A stretch of 64,000 nt of DNA from Bacteroidales bacterium. Its GTDB lineage: Bacteria; Bacteroidota; Bacteroidia; Bacteroidales; VadinHA17. Position numbers and translations under genes: made by a program. This document shows positions 22,801-34,800 of this stretch, piece after piece. The notes beneath the pieces are model-generated. The model was not told the origin of the DNA and made no database searches. It saw only the letters and a list, made by a program, of their open reading frames with translations. The stretch's first letter is position 1. Every line of letters begins with the position of its first letter. The DNA lies in contig JBFYPG010000187.1 of assembly GCA_041303415.1 (NCBI GenBank), positions 9,902 to 73,901 on the forward strand. The letters run 5' to 3'.

Positions 22801-25800
22801 CAGGCACGGTACAGGGCGGGTCTTATGGCAGCATGGTAAGGTTCTTCAGTAATAACAACGACAACAATTTTACTGAAATGCCTGAAATTGTCCTGCCCGG
22901 GATCTATAATGGTACTGTTAAAGCCGCTGATTACAATATGGATGGCAACCTGGATTTAGCAGTCTCGGGATTAGACCTCAATAACTTTCTCTATTCCGGA
23001 TTATTCCTGAACCGCAGTTCCGTTGCAAATGATCCGCCGCCTGCACCGTCAGGGCTTACTGCGGCAAGTGATGAAACATCCCTGACATTGAGCTGGATGA
23101 GAGTTACGGGCGATATAACACCTTCAGGCGGTATAGGGTATAATGTAAGGATTGGAACCTCACCGGGAGGTACTGAAATAGTTACACCTATGGCTCTCTC
23201 ATCGGGGGAAAGACTTATTCCGGTGAACGGAAATTCGGGATCAGATACTGTTTTTGTTTACAGGGCTCCACGTAAAACAACCTATTACTGGAGTGTCCAG
23301 GCTATTGATGATGCTTTCAATGCTGGTCCGTTCTCTGCTGAGCAAACATATACTTACTCTATCTCGGTTCAGGCATCTCAGGTTGCCGTGGAAAGGGTTG
23401 AAGGTTCCGGTATTAACCTGAAATGGACAAGGGGAAATGGTACCGGTTGCCTTGTGTTTGCAAAGAAAGGATCTGACGTGTCAGCATTACCGGAGGAAGG
23501 CACGACTTACACTGCCGGTGCGTATTTCGGCAGCGGCTCACAGATAGGCACCTCAGGCTGGTACTGCGTTTACAGCGGTACCGGAAGCAGTGTGGCAATT
23601 TCCGGACTCGAATCGCTTACAACATACACCTTCCATATTGTGGAATATGATCCGGGCCCGGTATATGATACACGAACAGCAGCCGGCAATCCGCTGATTA
23701 CCGAAACCGGATTGTTCGATGAGCAGACTGGCATAGTTCTCCAGGGTGTTTCACAGGGATCAGTCGCATGGGGCGATTATGACAGCGATGGTTACCCTGA
23801 TGTCATAGTAACCGGTAGCGGATATACAAGAATCTACCGCAATAACGGCGACAATACCTTTGCACTGACTGTGACCCTGCCGGGAGTATTCAACAGCTCT
23901 GCAGCCTGGGGCGATTATGATAATGACGGCGATATCGATATAATGCTGACCGGAAGCTCATCATCGCGTATTTACCGCAATGACGGGAGCGATACGTTTA
24001 CCGAACTGCCAGGTGCAGGCCTGACCGGAGTCTCATCAGGTTCATCTGCCTGGAACGATTACGACAGCGACGGAGATATGGATATACTGCAGACAGGCCG
24101 CCTGAGCTCCGGCGAGGCTCTTTCCAGGATATACCTTAATAATGGGAATGGTACATTTACCGGTCAGCCCCAGATAAGCCTGCCGAACGTATTTTACAGT
24201 TCGGCAGCCTGGGGTGACTACGACAATGACGGGTTATCTGATATCCTCATTACCGGTACAACAAATGGATCATCATCAGGGGCTCTTTCAAAGATATACA
24301 GGAATAATGGTGATAATACCTTCAGTGAACAAACGGGTATTGTTCTTCCCGGAGTATATTACAGTTCATCAATATGGTTCGATTACGATGCCGACGGCGA
24401 TCTTGATATTCTGCTGACAGGTAATACCGTCAGCCAGTCATTATTGCCTGTTTCAAAGATCTACCGGAACAACGGCGAGAACAGTTTCACTGAACAGACC
24501 GCGATAAATCTCACGGGTGTTTACCAGGGATCAGTTACCTGGGGCGACTTCAATAACGACGGTTACGCTGACATAATTCTTACAGGAAAGAGTGCGGCCG
24601 GTGAATTTATTTCAAAGGCTTATCTCAATAACGGGGAAAATAACTTCACTGAACAGAAAAGCATTGTGCTGCCCGGTGTTATAAACAGCTCAGTTCAGAT
24701 GAGCGACTATGACAGGGATGGCAGGCCTGATCTTCTGGTTTCAGGCCAGGCATCTTCAGGATTAATATCCGGGATACACCGAAACATGTCTGCTGTACCG
24801 AACAGCCCGCCGCTTCCTCCTGCCGGACTCTCCGCACTTGCAACTGAAAACGCGCTTGTCCTTAAATGGAACAGGGTTACCGGCGATGTTACTCCCGATA
24901 AGAGTATCACATACAATGTACGCATCGGGACTTCCTCAGGAGGAACTGAGGTTGTTTCTCCAATGGCGCTTGCATCGGGATCATCTCTGATACCATATCC
25001 GGGGAATGCAGGGGAAGATACGGTATTCACCCTCCGGTATCCCCGGAAAGCCACTTATTACTGGAGCGTTCAGTCAGCAGATAACGGCTTAATGACCAGC
25101 CCATTCGCTGCAGAACAGACATTTGATTACACAGTGTCAGTCCAGGCATCCCAGGTTTACGCAGGCAATATACAGGGATCAGGTATTGACCTCACGTGGC
25201 GAAGAGGGAACGGATCATTCTGTGCTGTTTTTGCAAAAGAGGGAACCTCAGGAATTGCTGCTCCGGATAATGGGGTGACATACACTTCAAGCCAGGTATT
25301 CGGATCAGGATCAGAGATCGGAACTTCAGGATGGTTCTGTATTTACAGCGGGACGGGAAATAAAACCCAGGTCACAGGCCTTCAGCCTGTCAAATCATAT
25401 ATTTTCCAGGTTATTGAATTCGATGCGGGACTTTTATATTACACTCAGTCGGGCCAGGGCAATCCGGTTGTTGTCCGAACAGGCTTATTCTCTATGCAGA
25501 CAGGCGTGACGATACCGGGTGTAGTAAACGGTTCAGCTTCATGGGGCGATTTTGACAATGACGGCGACCCTGATATCCTGATAACAGGAAACTCGGCTTC
25601 AGGAAGACTATCAAAGATATACCGGAACAATGGCGATAATACTTTTACCGAAAATACCGGTGTTACACTCCCTGTGATAAGCAACGGATCAGGCGCATGG
25701 GGCGACTACGACAATGACAGGGACCTTGACATCCTGCTGACCGGAACCACAAACGGTACTGCAGCAGGCGCCCTTTCAAAAGTATTCAGGAATGATGGCG

Positions 25801-28800
25801 GCGGGTTATTTACCGAACAGCCGTCAATAATTCTTGAAGGGGTCTATCACAGCAGTGCCGCCTGGGGCGATTATGACAATGACGGATGGACCGACATACT
25901 TTTAACCGGCACAACCGATGGTTCTTCATCAGGAGCTGTTTCGAGGATATACCGCAATAACGGGAATAACACTTTCACCAAACAGACCGGGATAGAGCTT
26001 CCGGGTGTCTATTACAGCTCTGCAGCATGGGGCGATTATGATAACGACAATGATCTTGATATTCTGATAGCCGGGAACCAGCTTTCAAGGATATACCGCA
26101 ACAATGGCGACAACACATTCACCGAACAGTCAGGCATAACACTCCCCGGTATCAGCGGCGGATCAGTCGCCTGGGGTGATTACGACAACGACAGTGACCT
26201 CGATATACTGATAACCGGATCTTCCTTATCAGGAAACAACTCAAGGATATACAGGAATAACGGGGATAACACATTTACAGCACAGACTTCAGTCAGTCTG
26301 ACCGCAGTCTCAGGCAGCACGGGAATATGGGGAGATTACGACAATGATGGTCTCACTGATATTTCAATAACAGGAAAGGCAGGAGCGACTTCGGCTGATA
26401 TCATCACGAAATTCTACCGGAACATCGGGAACAACTCCTTTGCCGAGCAGCCAAACCTCAGCCTTGAAGGGATTTATCTCAGCTCATTTGCCTGGGGTGA
26501 TTATGACAATGATGCAAAACCCGACATACTGCTTACAGGCCAGAACCCGGATTATACCCCTGTTTCCAGGATCTACCGTAACCTTTCTTTGACGGCAAAT
26601 ACTCCTCCTGCAACTCCATCAGGATTGCTTACAGTCATCAGCGATACTTCCGTGTTGTTTACCTGGAACAAGGCAGCCGACGATGAAACACCTTCTGGAG
26701 GGTTAAGTTATAACATCCGGATCGGCTCATCCTCTGGCAGCGACGATATAGTGGCATCAATGTCGCTTACTGCAGGGAAGAGGCTCGTTCCGGGTACAGG
26801 TAACGCCCAGACAGGTACTTCATACCTGCTTAAATACCCGAAGAAGGAGACATACTTCTGGAGTGTTCAGGCAATCGACCAGGGATTTCTTGCAGGAGCT
26901 TTTTCCGAAGAGAAATCATTCAGCTACACAGCCTCAGTGCAGGCACGGATGGTATTTGCCGATAATATCCGCCCGACATCAGCCGACCTTCACTGGCATC
27001 GCGGAAACGGATCAGTTTGCACGGTTTTTGCACGGAAAGGCAGCAGCGGAACCGCAGTACCTGCCGACGGTACGACCTATAATGCCGGCAGTCAGTTTGG
27101 TACCGGATCACAAATCGGCACAACGGGCTGGTTCTGTGTGTATAACGGTACCGGGAATAATGTCAGCATAACAGGCCTTGAGCCAATGAACAATTACATC
27201 TTCCATGTAATTGAATATGAGGAGGGGCCTCTGTACAACATACTGAAGGGTCAGGGTAACCCGCTCATGATACAAACTGACCTGTTCCTCGAACAAACCG
27301 GAATTAAACTGAATGCAGTCAGCAGCGGATCGGCTGCCTGGGGGGATTATGATAATGATAAGGACCTGGATATCCTGCTGACCGGAAGCGGAATTTCAAA
27401 AATATACAGGAATAACGATAATAATACTTTTACAGAGCAGACAACGATCACCCTGCCTGGAGTAACCAACAGTTCTTCGTCCTGGGGTGATTATGATAAT
27501 GACGGGGATCTTGATATCCTGCTGACAGGAGGAAATATTTCCAGGATATACAGGAACAATTCTGACAACACCTTCAGTGAACAGTCTGCAATAATGCTGC
27601 CCGGGGTTAGTTACAGTTCATCAGCCTGGGGCGATTCCAATAATGACGGCTTCCCGGATATTCTGCTTACAGGCCGCCTGGCCAGCCAGGATTATTTCTC
27701 CGGGATATACCTGAATAACAGGAATAACACTTTTACCGAACAGACAGGAATCCTGCTTACAGGAGTGAACAACAGCTCTGTTGCCCCGGGAGATTATAAC
27801 CATGACGGCTATCTGGATATTTTAATGACAGGAAACAGCACATCAGGTCCTGTTTCGAAAATTTACCTTAATAACAGGGATAATACTTTCACTGAACAGA
27901 CCTCTGTAAGCCTTGAGGTGGTGGCTTACAGTTCTGCTTCCTGGTGCGATTATGACAATGATGAAGATCTTGACATATTGATCACCGGCAACAGTATTTC
28001 AAAAGTGTACAGGAACAACGGTGACAATACCTTTACCGAACAATCAGGCATTATACTCCAGGGAGTTGCCTACAGTTCGTCGGCGTGGGGTGACTTTGAC
28101 AATGATGGTTATTCAGACATTCTTATAACCGGCACAACTGACGGAGCAGCTTCAGGTGCGGTTTCAAAATTCTATCGCAATAATGGTGATAATACATTCA
28201 CCGAACAGACAGGAATAAATCTTACCGGCGTTTACAACAGTTCTGTTGCCTGCGGCGATTATAATAATGACGGCAGCCTGGATGTTCTTCTGGCAGGGAC
28301 CACTGCAAACGGACAAAATATCTCAAAGGTCTATGCCAACTTCACTGAAAATACCAGGCCGGTGCCGGTTAAACCGGAACTCATTTCAAGCACTGTTACT
28401 GATACAACCATTGTGTTCAGATGGAAGAAGCTGAGACAAGATAACATTCCTGTGAAAGGGATAAGTTATAATATCCGCATGGGAGAATCTCCTTCATCAA
28501 GCAATATCCTGTCTTCAATGACATTGCCATCCGGATTGCGGCTGATACCAGCCAGAGGCAATGTGGGGTCGGATACCATCTTTGAGCTGCGTAACCCAAG
28601 AAGGGCAAACTACTACTGGAGTGTTCAGGCGATCGATAACAGGTACGGTGCAGGGGAATTCTCAACTGAGCAGTCATTTAACTTCGGCAACTGGATGCAA
28701 GCTACATATCTGGTCGCCAGCGATATCCAGGCATCCAGGCTGACTCTTAACTGGACAAGAGGCAACCTGAGCGATTGTATTGTGTTTGCGAAAAAAGGGA

Positions 28801-31800
28801 ACCGCGGGATGGCTCAGCCAGAGGTTGGCCGGCCTTATGATGCAAATTCAAAGTTTGGAAACGGCACTCAGATAGATACAACCGGATGGTATTGTGTATA
28901 CAGGGGACCCGATAACAGTGTTACAATCTCAAACCTTGAATCGCTGACAGAATATATTTATAATGTAATTGAGTGCGACGGGGCAACGAGCTACTTCAAC
29001 TTTGATGGCAGGCAGGGCAATCCATTGGTTGTCAGAACCGGGACATTTACTGAAATGAATACCATAAGCATCTATGGCATAAGGAATGGTTCCATTGCCC
29101 CGGGAGATTATGATAATGACAGTGACATGGATGTTCTGGTAACAGGCAACGGAACTTCAAGGATTTACCGGAACATGGGCAATAATATTTTCGCCGCGCA
29201 AAATGCTATTATACTTACCGGAATATCAAATGGATCTTCAGCCTGGGGTGATTACAATAATGATAATTACATTGATATACTTATCACCGGGCTTTCAGCC
29301 GCCAATATTTCTGTCTCGAAGATCTTCAGGAACAACGGCAACAATACATTTACTGAACAGACAGGAATAAATATCCGGGGAGTATCCGGCAGCTCGGCTG
29401 CCTGGGGCGATTATGATAATGACGGATACACTGACCTTATAATTACCGGAAAGTCAGAAGCCAACGATTATATCTCAACCATTTACCGCAACAACAGGGA
29501 TAACACATTCACGGAGCAGACAGGCATTTCATTCCCGGGAGTCTGTTCCGGGTCGGTAGCATGGGGTGACTATGATAACGACGGCGACCTGGATATCCTG
29601 CTTACCGGCTTTAACAACAACAACATACCTGTTTCAGGGATTTACCGTAACAATGGCGATAACTCATTTACCGAGATGACAGGCATCGGCCTTAAGGGCG
29701 TTGCGAGAAGCTCTGTTGACTGGGGTGATTATGACAACGACGGCGACCTCGATATAATTCTGTCAGGAGAGTCAGGAACAAGCGTTGTAGAGTATATAAC
29801 CAGGGTCTACAGAAATAATGGCGACAGTACCTTTACCGAACTGAACAGCGCCCTGCTCAGGGGAGTACATTCAGGATCGGTCGCCTGGGGAGATTACGAC
29901 AGCGACGGATTATCAGATATCCTGCTTACAGGGTACTCGGGCACAATCGAAAGCCAGTACTGCTCAGCCGTGTACCGGAATAATGGCGATAATTCATTTA
30001 CAGAGCAGCCGGGAATAAACCTTCTGAAGGTCTATAACAGCTCCGTAAAATGGGCCGATTTTGACAAAGACAGTAAGCCTGATATCTTCCTGGCAGGGTA
30101 TAATCCCAATTATGGTTCTGTCACAAGGATATACCGGAATCAGTATCCGAAACCGAACAATAGGCCATCGCCGCCTGCCGGACTCTCAACAACCAGCGAT
30201 GAAACATCACTGATCCTGAGCTGGGATATCGTTCCCGGCGATGAGACACCCGGGGCCGGCATGAGCTACAACGTGAAGATAGGAACATCTCCGGGATCGG
30301 GTGATGTTGTGACAGGGATGGCACTGACCTCAGGCTCAAGGCTTGTTCCTGAACCAGGGAATGCCCGCAACGATACGTTATTTATACTTAAATACCCGCA
30401 AAGGGCAACCTATTACTGGAGTGTTCAGGCTATTGACAACGGCTTTGCACCCGGACATTTTGCAGCAGAACAATCATACATGTTCACAACCCTGCTTCAG
30501 GCATCAAAGCTGTTTGCCGACAGCATTCAGGTTACGGCCCTTACACTTCACTGGAACAGGGGCAACGGAACCGCCTGTGCTGTTTTTGCCCGTAAAGGCA
30601 GCGGAGGAAATGCAGTGCCTGAAAACAATACTGATTATACGGCAAACTCAATTTTTAGCTCAGGATCACAGATCGGGACAACGGGTTGGTACTGTGTCTA
30701 TAACGGCAGTGGCAATAAGGTCAGGATCACCGGGCTTGAACTTCTCACAGATTACACATTCCAGGTTGTGGAATATGACCCGGGTCCGCTGTATTTTACA
30801 CAGACAGGCCAGGGCAATCCGGTCGTTGTTCAAACCAGTATTTTCTCAGAGCAGACAGATATCAGCCTTACCGGATTATCATACGGATCAGTTGCATGGG
30901 GCGATTACGACAACAGTAATTACCTCGATATACTGATCACGGGTACGGCTTCCGCAACATATTCAGGAGCTGCAGCTAAGATTTACCGCAACAACGGTAA
31001 CAATACTTTCTCCGACCAGGTAGTGATCAGTCTTCCCGGTGTCACAAACGGTTCTGCGCTCTGGGGCGATTATAATAATGATGGTTATACGGATATTCTT
31101 CTGACCGGACTTGATATAAACAATACATCAGTTTCAAGGATTATCAGGAACAACGGCAATAATTCCTTTTCCGAACAGACCGATATCAGCCTGGCAGGAG
31201 TCAGGGAAAGCTCAGCAGAATGGGCAGATTTTAATAATGATGGCAAACTCGATGTAATTATTACCGGAACTTCAGCTTCGGGTAATGTGACAAAGATTTA
31301 CAGGAATTCAGGGGCAAATCTCTTCAGTGAACAGCAGGGATTAAACCTGCCCGGAGTAACAAACGGCTCCGTGGCTTGTGCTGACTACGACAACGATGGC
31401 TTTACTGACATACTGCTTACTGGTTCCGGATTATCGAGGATATACCGTAATGCCGGCAACCCCTTTATGATGGAGTTTACGGAACAGCAGGGAATTGATC
31501 TGCCCGGGGTTACCAAAAGCTCGGCGGCATGGAGCGACTACGACAGCGACGGTGACCTGGATGTTCTTCTTGCCGGATACGATATTACAGGTAATATTCC
31601 GGTTTCTAAGATATTCAGGAATAATAACGGAGAATTCGAAGAATCGGGCATAATACTCATTGGAGTAGCGGGATCTTCAGTTGCCGACAATTCAGTAGCC
31701 GGGGCCAGCGAAACAATCTGGGGCGACTACGACAACGACGGTGATCCGGATCTGCTCCTGACAGGGGAGACCTCTTCAGGGCGAATCTGCAGGGTATACA

Positions 31801-34800
31801 GCAATAATGGCAACGGCACTTTCAAGGACCAGTCAAACTTCAGCCTTCCCGGAGTGAGGTACAGCTCAGCAGCCTGGGGAGACTATGATAATGACGGCGA
31901 CCTTGATATCATTATTTCCGGAGAACAGGGTACTTCGCGCATCACAAGGATCTTCAGGAACGAGATTCTTACATTCAACACTATCCCCGAGGTACCTTCA
32001 GGCCTCGGTGTCAGCGCCGCTGCGCCGAATACAATACTTTACTGGAACTCAGTCAGAACAGATGAGACTGCTTACAGAGGATTGACTTACAACATCAGGA
32101 TGGGAACAACTGCAGGAGGCAACCAGATAATACCGGCAATGTCGTCAGCTTCAGGCAAAAGGAGAATATCAGCAATGGGGAACAGCCAGCTTGATACATT
32201 TTTCGTGTTCCAAAACCTGAAGCCGGGAACCTATTACTGGAGTGTTCAGGCAGTGGACAACGGATTTGCCGGAGGCGCTTTTGCGGAAGAGAAAAGCTTT
32301 ACCATCGACAGCATCCAGGCCAGCAGGCTTGAAGGCAAACTGGTGACCGCAAACAAAAACGCCCTGCTGATAAAATGGAAGAATGGAAACGGAGAGCGCC
32401 GGGTAGTGTTCTGTAAGCAGGGATCAACAGGACTGGCTCTGCCGTCAGCTAATACCACCTATTCTGCCGATAACATATTCGGCTATGGCGATCAGATAGG
32501 GACCACCGGGTGGTACTGCGTATTCAATGGCAGAGGCGACAGCACAATAGTTACAGGGCTTTCACAGGGAATACCTTATTCATTCCATGTGGTTGAATAT
32601 GTCGGGAACACAGGATCAGAGATCTATTACAGGTCATCCGGAGAAAATAATCCGGGGATATTCTCCTGCGGATTATTCTCAGAACAATCAGATATTGAGC
32701 TTGATAAGGTATACAACAGTTCAGTTACATGGGGTGATTATGATAATGACGGAGACCTGGATATTTTACTAACAGGGAACAATTATCCTGAATCAGAATC
32801 AACGGCGATATCAAAAATATTCCGGAATAATGGAAATAATTCATTCACCGAACAGACCGGAATAAACCTGTTCGGCGTGCAGAACGGATCAGTGTCATTC
32901 GGAGACTATGACAACGATAACGATCTCGATATCCTGCTTACGGGACTTACTGAAGGCGCTTTCCCTGTTACAAAGATCTACCGGAACAACGCCAATAATA
33001 CTTTTACCGAACAGATAGGGATCAGCCTGATCGGAGTAAGCTATTCATCAGCAGGCTGGGGTGACTTTAACAATGACGGCTGGCTCGATATTCTGATTAC
33101 CGGCCAGGGAGCAGGATCAAACCTGATCTCAAAAGTCTACAGGAATAACCGCGATAATACTTTCACTGAACAGGTTGAAATAAACCTTGAACACGTTGCA
33201 AAAGGCTCCTCTTCGTGGAGCGATTATGACAACGACGGCGACCTGGATATTCTGATCACAGGAAACAACCTCTCAGGATCGCAAAATTCGGTTTCCATGG
33301 TCTATGCCAATAACAGCGACAGTACCTTTACACATCTGGACAAGACAGTTCTGCCGGGTGTTATGAACAGCTCCGCATCATGGGGCGATTACGATAATGA
33401 CGGCGATCCTGACATACTTCTGACAGGATATAACAATGAAGGCACAGTAGTCTATCTGTCAAGGATTTACAGGAACAATGGCGACAGTACATTTACCTGG
33501 CAGTCCGGAATCAAATTGGAGGGTGTTGCAAACAGCTCTGCCGCATGGGGCGACTTTGATAATGACGGAGATCTTGATATATTGATATCAGGCCGGCTTG
33601 TTAACGGCGGGTATACAACAAAAATTTACAGGAACGACAGAATTAACATATTTGCGGAAGTAACTGATATAACATTTACCGGTGTCGGTTACGGTTCGGT
33701 TGTATGGGGTGATTATGACAATGACGGGGATATAGATATTCTTATGACCGGGCAGAGCGCCGGCTCAACCGTTGTTACAAAGATCTACCGCAACAACGCA
33801 ATTATGAAGGCTGGTGATTACCAGTCTAACAGGAGGGCTGAAGCGCCGGCAAACCTAACAGCAGTGCGTCTTCCTGAGGGTATTAAACTATCATGGTCGC
33901 CGGTAAGGGCAGATGAAACACCTCCGGGGGCGATGACATACAACATTAATATTCAGCCTGAGGCTGGTGGATTGCCGGCTATGTCTGCCCTGGCCGATAC
34001 CGTCACTGGATATCGCAGGATTGTTGCGATGGGTAATGTCCAGACTGATACAACTTTCCTTATAAGGAACCTGATCCCCGGTAAATACCGCTGGAAAATA
34101 CAAGCGGTTGACCAGGGTTACAGGGGAGGCCAGTGGGCGATTGGTCCTGTGATCAATGCAAAGAATGTCCAGGCATTCTTTGATGCCGATACAGTTTGCA
34201 GGAAACAGGTAACCGGGTTTACAAACCGTTCGACGTCTTTCAGGGATCCAATACTCACGTATTCATGGGATTTCGGCGACGGAACTACTGATGATACGGA
34301 AGATGCGGTTCATACCTACACTACTTCGGGAACCCACACTGTAAGACTGGCAGTCTCTACAGCATTTGACACCGATACTTTGTTTAAGGAAGTTTACATA
34401 TACCCTGTCCCTGTCATTGATTTTTCAACGGAAGGATTATGTGAAGGTGTTGAAACCGTGATCAGTAACCTGACAGTCACAACAGGATTTACAATCGACA
34501 GATGGAACTGGGATTTCGGCGATGAACGTGAGTCTTCGCAGAAGAATCCGGGATCACATAATTACCTGAATTCAGGCAATTACTCAATGACGCTGATTGC
34601 AGAGACATCAAATGGCTGCGTCGATTCAACGCAAAAAAACATTACTATTGCAGATGCCCTCCCGGAACCGGCTATCTACGCAAAAGGCCCGAAAGTCTGG
34701 TACCTTGCCAGCAGCAATGATACAGCGAAATATTACAGATGGTATTGCAATTATGAGCTTATCGATGGCGCTGATAAGAATGTATATGTAGCGAACAGGA

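Noticed and set aside
7920-34791. Dozens of 60-200-aa ORFs on the antisense strand or in alternative frames inside the giant gene (for example 10309-10521, 11668-11889, 18337-18729, 21489-21848, 30343-30936).
   Set aside because: They tile a continuous 27-kb ORF with clear domain grammar. Several are simply the +1 reading of the repeated word TGGGGCGATTATGACAATGACGG, which gives the recurring peptide PGAIMTMT. They have no signal, motif or independent start context, so they are frame artefacts of a repetitive, stop-poor gene.
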